From Eledone cirrhosa (lineage: Eukaryota): DNA of 64,000 nucleotides. Made by a program: the position numbers and the translations under genes. Position 1 is the stretch's first letter. Each line of letters begins with the position of its first letter. Location of the stretch: the NCBI GenBank assembly GCA_964016885.1, contig OZ024741.1, positions 119,970,001-120,034,000 on the forward strand. The letters run 5' to 3'. Below, piece after piece: positions 26,440-38,700 of this stretch. The notes beneath the pieces are model-generated. The model was not told the DNA's origin. It worked only from the letters and a program-made list of their open reading frames with translations, and searched no databases.

Positions 26440-27260
26440 GTACTTACACAACCATAGTGCCGTCAGGCGGGTCGAGATGGGGGTAGGGATAGGGTGGGAT
26501 GGAGGTGGAGGGGATATTTTGTCGAGTGGGTTTAAAAAAACAAAAACATTTTTTAGCCATCTGGCTCAACACTGGCTTAAGATATTTGAAAGTTGCAAAG
26601 CCTTTGTGCATGCAATTCGGGCAGTGTTCAGAGAGTTTCTTCAGTATCGGGCCCTTGGCATATAGTATTTCGTAGCTCTCTGAAATACAAAGGTCACAGC
26701 ACTTGTGTCCGCCCTTGTATAAGCGCGCTTTCTGGAGTATTTTCCATTTGAGCGTGAAAGGGGTGGAGTTCATCTTGAGGTTTCAGACATAGGAGGCGAC
26801 TGTTGTCTGATTGGATTTGTCTGGTCTTCTGAAAGAGTGGGTATGGGCATATCACCGGGTCTTAAAATTGTTGGAAGTGATTCCGATATAAGTCTTTGTT
26901 GTTGTCATCAGTTGTTGGAAGTGATTCCGATATAAGTCGTTGTTGATGACATCATATTTACATACGATGTCATTTGTCAGGCATTTGTTTTCAAGTGGGC
27001 AGGCTTCCTTATTTTGGCAGTTGCACAAAGCTCCCGTCCGGGGATGGGTTTCGGAGGTAGTGGGCTTGTTTAATTTTGTAGTGTTGAGATTGGCTATATT
27101 TCTAGCTAGGATAGGTGTAGTGGAGTAGGAGAGTCTTATTGTATTCTTATTAAAGATGGTGTAGTACCTATGTTGTGTGGGGAAGTGTATATTCAGCAAT
27201 TTGAAGAAAGTCCTTGCTATAGGTGTAGAAACCTCTCAATTGAAGGAGGGTTTCTTACTC
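26440..27260 (-). mobile_element. Penelope-like fragment (RT C-terminus plus GIY-YIG)
   Basis: IFNKNTIRLSYS, CNCQNKEACPLENKCL, YIGITSNNFKTR, LKWKIL, CDLCISE. Confidence 0.9.
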
Positions 27261-27373
27261 TAAATATAGCTTTTAAAGAATTCCATCAACCAATAACCTC
27301 CACCCATCCCAATCACCACCCTCTCCTACCAACAGAAAAGATATAAATACCACCAAATTACTTGGACAGTCAG

Positions 27374-27425
27374 CTTGCTGATGATTTCTCACGAATGAAA
27401 CAGTTCTGTTCTAGTCCTGTGGAAG
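27374..27425 (+). ncRNA. Degenerate hammerhead (same family as 42968-43066)
   Basis: CTGATGA tttctcacgaat GAAA cag..ctg TG; cleavage triplet mutated. Confidence 0.55.
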
Positions 27426-27441
27426 TTTTCTATATTAAATA

Positions 27442-27531
<90 letters not shown>

Positions 27532-27723
27532 GATAAATCTACCAAAAGTTTACGGTAGTGTCCAATCCGTATGAAGAACTCAATGTAATCCGGATATCAT
27601 GAAAAGAGAAGATGCATTCAAAAACTACTTTCGGTGAAAAATAAACGGAAAACAGAGTCAAGATAAATTATTAAAAAAATAATGAATAAACAAAGAAACA
27701 GTTCCTTATATTAAAAAAAAATT

Positions 27724-27863
27724 CATTATTTTACGATCGTTTCTAGGATATATATGTGTTAGAGTTGGTATGCATATTCTATAGATCTATGTACAATATT
27801 TATACAAACTATCAGAGGGAATATACATACCTACACATATATATGCTGTCTTCAGAAATAATG
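27724..27863 (-). ncRNA. Hammerhead (inverted arm copy)
   Basis: cattattt CTGAAGA cagcatatatatgtgt..acacatatatatccta GAAA cgatcg TA aaataatg. Confidence 0.85.
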
Positions 27864-28657
27864 ATACTTGTTTATTGATAAGAACAAAGATTCAATACAA
27901 TAGGTCTGTTTGGGAACAGGTTTTGAATTGACCAATCAGGAGATAGTGAGGGTCAAGATAGTGATATAGAATTAGGAGAACCTTAAATTATGGGTAGAGG
28001 AAGGTAGATTTCAGTTTTGGATGGAAAAGAGTATTATGAATGAAGGATTACTTTAGGGAAGAAGTAGGTCATATGTTGACCTCAGAAATAATTTTATTTG
28101 TTCATTGAATAAAACCAACAAAGATCCAATATAATAATGGATTACTTTAGGGAAGAAGTAGGTCATATATTGACCTCAGAAATAATTTTATTTGTTCATT
28201 GAATAAAACCAACAAAGATCAAATATATTCTGTCTGTTTGGTAAGAGGTTTAGAATTAACCAATAGAAAGTTAATAATTGGCCAAATGGTAGAATAGTAG
28301 TAATTGAAACTTATTTTAGGGGTGAAACTAGGTCAGGTGGTCAGTAGAAGGTATACAAGCAGTTGCTGTTATAAAATAGTAATGCCAATACAAATATCTA
28401 AGGTGACCTGAGTTTTAAGATAAGGATGTTAGTGAAAAAAATACATCTATGAAAAGGATATAAAATTAATTTAATTGATGGGTATATTTATATTGATAAA
28501 ATTATACTAATACATATAGATATGATAAATAAGAGTTAGATGCAGTTGAAAAGTGCTGTTAAGGATGAGGGGAGATTAAAAGAATATAAAAAATGATATA
28601 TATATATATATATACATATATATACCTACCTACCTATATATATATACATACATACAC

Positions 28658-28738
<81 letters not shown>

Positions 28739-28761
28739 CACATACACACACAAATATATAC

Positions 28762-28816
<55 letters not shown>

Positions 28817-28822
<6 letters not shown>

Positions 28823-29260
28823 ATTAAATAAATGGAAACTATATTTATAAAACCATATCTATTTCATTATATATATTTCGGGGATATCATATTAACAATA
28901 TGCTATGCCTTCCTCAGACAAAATACAATATAAACAGTTTTATAGATAAATAGATTCGACATACCGTTATAACACCGACTTGCATTTGAGGAGGTCAAAC
29001 TGGCAAATGCAAGTCGGTGTTATAACGGTATGTCGAATTTATTTATCTATAAAACTGTTTATATTATATTTTGTCTGAGGAAGGCATAGCATATTGTTAA
29101 TATGATATCCCCGAAATATATATAATGAAATAGATATGGTTTTATAAATATAGTTTCCATTTATTTAATATTGTAAATATACTCCAAATATTTGTCGAGT
29201 GCTTTTATATCAGTTATAAATATTTACTAGTTGTAACCCAACAATTTAAAATATAACTTT

Positions 29261-29262
<2 letters not shown>
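28817..29262. mobile_element. Nested HHR fold-back (family of 24941) with twin HHRs at 28861-28924 (-) and 29068-29131 (+)
   Basis: 28817-28988 is inverted at 29004-29175; core CTGAGGA..GAAA tatata TA; both ends abut (TA)n. Confidence 0.88.
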
Positions 29263-29334
<72 letters not shown>

Positions 29335-29409
29335 GCATATACACATGTACGTATACATACACACACACACACACAGACATATATATATATATATACACAC
29401 ACACACAGA

Positions 29410-31375
29410 GATGTGCACGATAGAACTGAAACTTTGGCATTGAAAAGACCACACTTCAACCTGAAAGATCATAAATCTAACTTTAACTCTAATCCTTCTA
29501 TAAGACTTATATGCCCTTCCAAATCTGATATTGGAATAATTAGTAAAAATTTTTTTAGATAGAGTCATCCCACAAATAAGAAAACATGTTAATTTACCAC
29601 TCTGGGAAAACACATCCCAGGTAATTAACTGGTTTAATAATATTAGATATAAATCCTCTGCTTCATTTCTACGATATAGATAATTATTCTTCTTCTATAT
29701 CACCTATACTCCTGAACAAAGCCTTGATATTTGCTAAAAATAGATCTAACTTAACTTTGGATGACATTAATATTATTACACATGCTAGACTAACACTACT
29801 GGAATTTCAGAATGAATACTGGACCAGAAACACATATAGTAATCTATTTGATATTACTATGGGCTCAAGCGATTCTGCCCAAATTACTGATCTTGTGGGC
29901 CTCTTTCTTCTTTTTAACATAAATGCTTCCTTTCCCCACCTTAAAGGTGGTTTATATCGTGACGACTGTCTTCTCCTTTCCAATAACCTTAGCCTCTCAG
30001 AGATAGAAAAAAATAAAAAGCTTATTAGAACTTTCCTTAAAGACTATTATAGTCTAGATATTACATTTGAAAACACAAGTAAAGTAGTTAATTTCCTAGA
30101 TATAACATTAGACTTATCTACGGGTATCTACCAACCTTACCATAAACCCAACCAAAATTTACACTACATACACTCACAATCTAATCACCCTAAATCTATC
30201 CTTAAAAACCTTGCATATAATATATCACTTAGAATTTCTAACCTTTCGTCTAACCAAGATGTATTTGATAAAAATGCGACCTTTTATAACGAAGCTCTAG
30301 CTAGAAGTGGCCACAAAAATAGATTAGTATATATACCTTCTACCAATAATACTACAAACATACAACCTAATATTACCAACAAACACCAAATGAAATGTAC
30401 ACACCTAAATGCCACTCACACTATACCCCAAAATACCAACATAAAACCAAATTTCTCTAACTCTTCTAATATACAGTATAGTAACTCTCAAAAAACTACT
30501 CATCCTACAACTCTAATAAATGTTAATAATAAAACTCCTAATAAACAAGCTAAAACACCTAAATCAATAAATCTAACTAAAAATGTGTGTGGAGAGGTCA
30601 TTAACAATAATTCTCCTAGTAAACATCAGGATGCATCCTATAAAAACAATAAACAACATAGAAACCGTAATAGACGAGTTTCTTGGTATAATGCTCCATT
30701 TAATTTACAAGTTAAGGATAATATACCTAAAAAATTATTTAATATCCTAGAGAAAAACTTCCCGCCAAACCACAAATACCATCAAATCTTAAATAGATCA
30801 ACAGTTAAATTCTCCTACTCAACAACCAAAAACATAAAACAAAATATAAGTGCTTATAATGCATATAAATGTAAAAAAACCCATAAGTATACCACCAGTA
30901 CATCAAACTAACCATAATATCTCCTCAGATACAGGATTCACGAAAAGTTGTAACTGTAGAAACAAGGTAAACTGTCCATTAAAAGGAAATTGCCTTGTTA
31001 ATAACATAATATATAAATGTAAAGTTAACACTAAGGACTCTATTTATTCATATATATAGGAGCTATCTCTAACAATTTTAAGGTAAGATTTAATACCCAC
31101 AAACATAGTTTTAAAAATGCCGCACTAGCTAATACAACATCTCTAGCTGAAAAAATTAATAGTTATAGAAAGAGGAATATAGAATATGACCTGACCTGGA
31201 GTGTGCTCAAAAGGGCCACCCCTTATCAAAATAGTAGAAATGAATGTAGATTGTGTTCCCAAGAACTTTTCGAAATAATGAAATCTAAGGATATCCTATT
31301 AAATAAGCGACAGGAATTAATAATATCGTGTAATCATAAACTGAGAAAAACATTTAAATATTATAAACCTAATTA
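29410..31375 (+). pseudogene. Penelope RT plus GIY-YIG endonuclease ORF, frameshifted
   Basis: FDITMGSSDSAQITDLVGL, GLYRDD, NFLDITLDL, SNHP, CNCRNKVNCPLKGNCL..IIYKC..YSYI, FKVRFNTHKHSF. Confidence 0.92.
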
Positions 31376-31862
31376 ATATACACTTTAGAAATTAATATAT
31401 AAATTAATTTTAATTTAGTTAACCTATAATTAATATTCTACTACAGATGAATTACAAAATTCTGCTTTAAATATTATAAACCTAATTAATATACACTTTA
31501 GAAATTAATATATAAACTATTTTTAATTTAGTTAACCTATAATTAATATTCTACTACTGATGAACTACATAATTTGGCTTTCCTTCTTACAAATATCATT
31601 TCCTAAAACTGATACAATTAAGTAAACATATGTAATTATTTTTAATTTAGTTAACCTGTAATTAATATTCTACTACTGATGAACTACATAATTCTGCTTT
31701 AAATATTATAAACCTAATTAATATACACCTTAGAAATTAATATATAAATTATTTTTATTTTAGTTAACCTATAATTAATATTCTACTAATGATGAACTAC
31801 ATAATTTGGCTTTCCTTCTTACAAATATCATTTCCTAAAACTGATACCATTAAGTAAACATG
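31357..31862 (+). repeat. Imperfect ~110-240 bp tandem repeats in the Penelope 3'UTR
   Basis: Recurrent TTTAAATATTATAAACCTAATTAATATACAC and TTAGTTAACCTATAATTAATATTCTAC. Confidence 0.85.
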
Positions 31863-32919
31863 GTATCAGGTTATGATTCTATGTTCCTTGAAACCTATAT
31901 ATATTTACTATTTCCCACTAATAAATTTAATCCCCCCCCCCCCAATAATTACATGTATATGTAAGTGTGGATGTGTGTGTATATAAGTGTGTATGTATGT
32001 ATGTGTGTATGTATGTGAGTGTAAAAATATATATATATGTATATATATATATATATGTGTGTATATGTGTGTGTATATATATATATATATATATGTCTGT
32101 GTGTGTGTGTGTGTATGTATATGTACATGTGTATATGCGTATATATATATATATATATATATGGGTATATATTTGTGTGTGTATGTGTATGTATGTGTAT
32201 ATATATATATATATGTGTGTATGTGTGTGTGTATGTATGTATATATATGTAGGTATATATATGTATATATATATATATATATCATTTTTATATTCTTTTA
32301 ATCTCCCCTCATCCTTAACAGCACTTTTCAACTGCATCTAACTCTTATTTATCATATCTATATGTATTAGTATAATTTTATCAATATAAATATACCCATC
32401 GATTAAATTAATTTTATATCCTTTTCATAGATGTATTTTTTTCACTAACATCCTTATCTTAAAACTCAGGTCACCTTAGATATTTGTATTGGCATTACTA
32501 TTTTATAACAGCAACTGCTTGTATACCTTCTACTGACCACCTGACCTAGTTTCACCCCTAAAATAAGTTTCAGTTACTACTATTCTACCATTTGGCCAAT
32601 TATTAACTTTCTATTGGTTAATTCTAAACCTCTTACCAAACAGACAGAATATATTTGATCTTTGTTGGTTTTATTCAATGAACAAATAAAATTATTTCTG
32701 AGGTCAATATATGACCTACTTCTTCCCTAAAGTAATCCTTCATTCATAATACTCTTTTCCATCCAAAACTGAAATCTACCTTCCTCTACCCATAATTTAA
32801 GGTTCTCCCAATTCTATATCACTATCTTGACACTCACTATCTCCTGATTGGTCAATTCAAAACCTGTTCCCAAACAGACCTATTGTATTGAATCTTTGTT
32901 CTTATCAATAAACAAGTAT

Positions 32920-33061
32920 CATTATTTCTGAAGACAGCATATATATATGTGTAGGTATGTATATTCCCTCTGATAGTTTGTATAAATATTGTACATAGAT
33001 CTATAGAATATGCATACCAACTCTAACACATATATATCCTAGAAACGATCGTAAAATAATG
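32920..33061 (+). ncRNA. Hammerhead in Penelope 3' pLTR
   Basis: cattattt CTGAAGA..GAAA cgatcg TA aaataatg (8-bp helix I). Confidence 0.87.
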
Positions 33062-33128
33062 AATTTTTTTTTAATATAAGGAACTGTTTCTTTGTTTATT
33101 CATTATTTTTTTAATAATTTATATATAT

Positions 33129-33883
33129 ATGTATTTTTAACTCTGATACTGGTTCAGTCTAGTTCAACCGGATTGGTCTGTCCCAGTCATTCATTGAGCA
33201 ACATCGGTGAAGTTGGCACCCTTAACTCACGGTTGGGTGCGGATGCATTCATGTATATGTGTGTGTCCGCATGTATCTGTGTGTTTCTAAATATATTGTT
33301 AATAACTCCCTCTGGTCGAGCAATCTTTGAAGTGTGGGGACTACTGGAAAGCTTCCATTACTCATACTTCTCTCCTCCTTCGCCACCTCTTCTACGGCTT
33401 CGATATAAATACCCCCTCCGCCTCCGTGGTATTTTCTTCGGGGTTATAAGAGGCTTAGCTCTGTTTCTCGACCGTTATATCGCGTGACTATCTCCCCCTC
33501 CGCCTTTTGGGATTCTTTCTCACGTCGTGTAGACGCGTTCTTGAGACTAGTAAAATGAGGTATCCTCTTGATAAGTCGGCAGACCTCGGAAGGACTCTAT
33601 ATTTTTATGATGTATTGTTTTTGTTTATGCCACGAAACTACGTAGTCGAGGAATCTAGGAGCAGTTTAGGTATGATACATTTTATTACTAATTATATCTA
33701 AATGTTTCTTCTCTCTTCATAATGTATTTTTAACTCTGATACTGGTTCAGTCTAGTTCAACCGGATTGGTCTGTCCCAGTCATTCATTGAGCAACATCGG
33801 TGAAGTTGGCACCCTTAACTCACGGTTGGGTGCGGATGCATTCATGTATATGTTTGTGTCCGCATGTATCTGTGTGTTTCTAA

Positions 33884-33890
<7 letters not shown>
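33129..33890 (+). mobile_element. ORF-less 593-nt unit with ~169-bp terminal redundancy and one HHR (retrozyme-like)
   Basis: 33129-33297 repeats at 33722-33890; (TA)n on both sides. Confidence 0.8.
33563..33652 (+). ncRNA. Hammerhead, U3-A8 variant
   Basis: tcctc TTGATAA gtcggca..tgccac GAAA ctacgtag TC gagga. Confidence 0.8.
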
Positions 33891-33945
<55 letters not shown>

Positions 33946-34129
33946 TTGTCAGTTCGATTCGTGGACCGTGTGATGCGTTATGTCCTTGAGCAAGACACTT
34001 TATTTCACGTTGCTCCTACTACCTGGAGCTGTGACCGATAGATAGTATTAGCAATTGGAAAGACCAACGGAAACATTGTTTCCTGGTCCGATTTAACGAA
34101 AGTCGATCGACAATTCTTTTTTTATTTTT

Positions 34130-34214
34130 TACATATATGTGTGTGTGATGGGGGGGGGGGGGGTATGTGGGTGTCTACGACCTATTTACACCGGTCACAG
34201 ACACTCACACACAT

Positions 34215-34276
<62 letters not shown>

Positions 34277-34458
34277 ACACACACACACACACATACACAC
34301 ACACTCGCGCACGCACACACACACACATATATATATATAATATAATATAGAAATGGCTTCTACAGGACTAGAACTGTTTCATTCTTGATATTTATACTCT
34401 GCTATGTATTGAGTACCTTACTTACTTTGGTTACCCCCGATTTAACCCGGGATAAACT

Positions 34459-34490
<32 letters not shown>

Positions 34491-34706
34491 CATTATTGAC
34501 AAAATGTGAGGGACAATTCTTTTTAAAAAGAGTTTTATAATGTATATAAAGTATTACCGGTTTCGATGTATTATTAAAATTCATCTTATCAAATGTTGAG
34601 TATTACAATAAAAAAGAATTAATAAGAATTAAAAACTAAAAATTAAAGATTTAAAATTGAAAGGGAAGTTTTTTTCATCTTTCTTGTTGAGTAGGAGACT
34701 GGAGAA

Positions 34707-34771
<65 letters not shown>

Positions 34772-34875
34772 CACACACTTAGAACCCCTTTTTATTTAGC
34801 AAAATACAGTAATGCTGTATTCGTTTCTTTGAAAGCACCGGTTATAATTTTATAATTTCATTCAACAACACCAAA

Positions 34876-34952
<77 letters not shown>

Positions 34953-35706
34953 AATCTACTCCCTCACAACCACTATCTCTTTCTCTCTATAGTCCTCTCA
35001 CTCTCTCTTTATGAAGGTACCTGGAAAAACCATTGCTCCGATTTAGGCGAAACTGTGTAAAGAAAGCTAAAATATAAATACTTACTGTACGAACAACTTG
35101 TATTTTCGAAATCACATTCACTTAAAAATATTTCTAAATAATTAAAATATTCTGCTTAACAAAAGCAAAAATGTAAAACCAAATTGTATTTTTCAGTCAT
35201 ATTCACTTAAAAATGATTTTTTTTTAATAATTAAAATATCGTCTGCTTAATCGCCTGTTTAAAGAAAGCTGAAATATAGATACTTTAAGTACAAACAACT
35301 TGTATTTTTCAAATCCTATTCACTTAAAAATGTTTTTTGAAAAATGAAAATATTATCTATGTCCGATTTACGCCAAACTTATTTTATCCCGTTTGTATTC
35401 CCATTTCAGGGTTATTTTACTTTCGGAGTATTTTCCCATTATGCACCGTTTTGGCTAATTGTGAAGGTTTTCACGGTGATATTACTTTCGAAGTATGTTT
35501 CCATTATGCACCGTTTTGGCTATTTATGAAGGAAAAAACCCATATCTCGGGAACGTGTGCTTCGATTTACGTGAAACTTGTTTTATTCCATTTATATTCC
35601 CATTTCAGGGTCAACTTCCTTTCAAAGTATTTTCCCATGATGCGCCCTTTGGGCTGCATTAGATTACAGACAAGCAAGCAAGCAATCACAGACTTTTAGT
35701 AGTATA
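34130..35706 (-). mobile_element. Non-autonomous Helitron derivative (5' end plus 3' subterminal blocks) with nested inserts
   Basis: 35340-35706 resembles 42085-42425; 34803-34880 resembles 35977-36050; 34170-34200 resembles 35870-35900. Confidence 0.65.
34551..34596 (-). ncRNA. Minimal hammerhead, U3-A8 variant (weak helix I)
   Basis: acat TTGATAA gatg..catc GAAA ccgg TA atac. Confidence 0.65.
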
Positions 35707-38700
35707 CTAGACCACCCGTGACCCGTTGGGTCATCTTCACTAAAAATAATTTTTAAATAATTAAAATATACACAAAATGTATATAATGTAAAATGACATT
35801 GGAAATCCAATATATACGTGTATGTGTGTGTGTATATGTACGTGTATATATATATGTTTGTGTGTGTGGGTGTCTGTGGCCTATATACACTGGTTACACA
35901 CACACACATACATCCTGTCCTAACACAAGTTATAAGATACATATAACTTAATATTCAGTCGCCAAATTGAAGCTAGATACAGTAATGCTGTATTCAATTC
36001 TTTGAAGTCACCTGTCATAATTCCATTCAACAACACCACCAGCTCTCTCCCTCTCTCTCTCTCACACAACCAATATCTGCGTTTGTATTCACATTTCAAT
36101 GGTACCTTACTTTCAAAGAATTTTCCCATTATGCGCTGATTTGGTTATTTATAAAGGTACCCGAAAAAATCCGCGTATCTCGGGAACCCGTGGTCCGATT
36201 TACGAGAAACTTGTCTTTTCACTGTATTATTCACAAGTATTTTCACAAAGAAAATATCAAATCATTTTTCACTAATAGCTATCCAATCACTCCACTTCAA
36301 AATTCTTTTTTCTATATCTCTATGGATGCTTGACTGTTTGTTCTGAAAGATTTTTCTACTTAAAAAGTTGCAATATTAATGAAATAATTACAATAATTTG
36401 AAAGAAATTATTCTTACTTGTCTTAGTTTTTACTTTTCCTTTCATTTTCTGACGTCGGAATCAACATTTTCTCATATTTACGCTGTCACAGTTTGTTCAA
36501 AAGAATGCTTTTGATGACAACATTCTTAGTTGACTGGGTATCCTTCAGAAACACTCTGACATTTTCTTTTCGCGGTTAAGGGCCACATACAGTTGACCAT
36601 GCTGGAATACAGGTCGTTCCAGATACACCAAGACGTTTTCCATAGTTTGTCCTTGTGCTTTATGAATAGTTATAGCGAAGCACGATTGAACTGGGAATTG
36701 GCTTCGCTGCAAAGGGATATCCTCACCTTCGGATAGATTAGTTGTTATTCTGGGTATCATAACGATCTCATATCTGAAAGCAGCAGTGTTGATTCTTGCT
36801 ACTATGAGATTGTCGTGCAGTTCTTCCACGATCATGCGCGTTCCATTACAAAGCCGTGGAGAATTCAAGTTTCTCATAAGAATTATTGGCGATCCTTTTT
36901 TCATGTCCAGATTATGTGGTGGCAGTCCTGATAGTTCAACCGAATCAAGGAATTCAGTCGGGAAATGGGTGGCATTGGCATCATCACTCACAGAATTATA
37001 GGATCGGTACTCTTTTATGGTTCCAGGGAAGAGTCTGATACAAGTAGAATTGATTCTTCTCATCATTTCATTGAGAGGTACTAAGATGCAATTGTTCGAA
37101 AACACCTCAGCTGGATTGTCGAATGAGGGGTAGATGAAATCAATACATTTTTCCATAGTTGTTACTTGGAGAACCATTTCTTTTGGCAAAATAATTTCCT
37201 CATTTTCAGTTTTTTTTATCTTATCTTCTCCAATATCCAATAGGAACTGTGAATAGTATCCTGCTCCTCCACCCAATCGTATGTTTGTCTTCAACTGAAA
37301 TATTTTGAAACTTCGCCATAAGTAGGATTTTTAATGTAGGCGTTTTCCACGTCCGCTTCATTTCCCCTTTTCACTACCGGAAGAAGCTGACGGAAATCGC
37401 CACCGCAAATTGTAAAAATTCCACCGAATGCCTCATTGTTGTCGCATATGTCACGCAGAGTGAGGTCAACAGCTTCGAAGCTTTGCCTCCGAATCATAGG
37501 ACACTCATCCCAAACAATCAGCCTTGTATGCTGGAAGAGGTTTGCCGTCTTTGAGTTTTTATCAATGTTGCACAGACCATTTTCTTTCACTACTATCGGT
37601 ATTTTGAATCTAGAATGCGCTGTTCTTCCACCAGGCATCAGTGTTGCGGCAATGCCAGATGACGCAACAGCAATAGCCACGTCACCGTTTCCCCTGACTT
37701 TTGAAAAAATTAAGTTAATCAGGAATGTCTTTCCTGTTCCACCTGGAGTGAAATGAAAATCAATGCAGATGTGTTCGTCTCTAAACTGTTACAAACGAAG
37801 TCATACACGTGTTTTTGTTCACTATTCAATAGAGGCTCCGTCTCTTCTACAAATCGTCGCTGCTCTTCTCTGGTGTATTGAAATTCATGCAATAACTCCA
37901 AATTGCCAATATCCTGATTAGCAACAATATTATTTGGTCTTGGCAAGTTAAAGTCACTAAGACTTTTGCCCAGGTCGTTAAGTTTGTCTTCAAAATACAG
38001 AAGACATTGATTATAATGTCTCTCGCTAATCAAAAGGTTAGAGTTTCTGGTAGCCCTTTTTCTATTTGAAGGTAATCCTCAGACAGCGAATGCTTAAATC
38101 GAACCCATAAAGCACTGGAATTGTCAATTTCCGTATTTGTGAGGAGCGCGATGAATAGATCTCTCATGGCTTTGGGAAGCCTTGTTCGCTCAGCATCTTC
38201 CAGAGTCTGCTGCCAATGATCATCCGATTGAAGCAAACCTTTCTCTCTGCAGACGTCTTTGAATAATGGCAGGAGTTCTCCATCACACATTTTCAAAGAG
38301 TTGAAGGATACTGGCCCTTTGACGTGATGCAAAAGGAGTCTTAAATAATACAGGTCACCACTTCGTGGAGAAACAGAGTATACTCGTCCCAAAACGTTCG
38401 CCTAAAAAATCCCTGGATACTGCTCAACTGTTTTCCCCACCTTTCTCCTTTCCCATCTCTTATTACTCCAAGTGTAAAACTTTGGGACATCGGCATAATA
38501 CAATGTTTTTGCAAACGGATCGCGATCGCAAAGATCCATGAACTCAGTCAGAGTTGTCTTAGCCATGTTATTGTTTACCTTAACAGCAGCATTGACCCGA
38601 AAGAAGATTTTATTTTCCTCAGGTAGATGAACTTGAAGGCGAACTACGGCCGGTTCTCTCGCATGAATTGGAAATCCAAGTACCAAGGCAACAGCTTCTG

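Larger units (their letters stand above)
27530..33121 (+). mobile_element. Penelope-like element: inverted ~1-kb 3' arm, 5'-truncated RT/GIY-YIG ORF, 3'UTR and pLTR
   Basis: 27665-29405 (minus a nested insert) is the reverse complement of ~32065-33121; ORF remnants at ~29410-31375. Confidence 0.9.

Noticed and set aside
31357-31862. CRISPR-like array or extra hammerheads (CTGATGA in repeats)
   Set aside because: Eukaryotic tandem repeats without unique spacers or cas genes; no matching GAAA or helix I.
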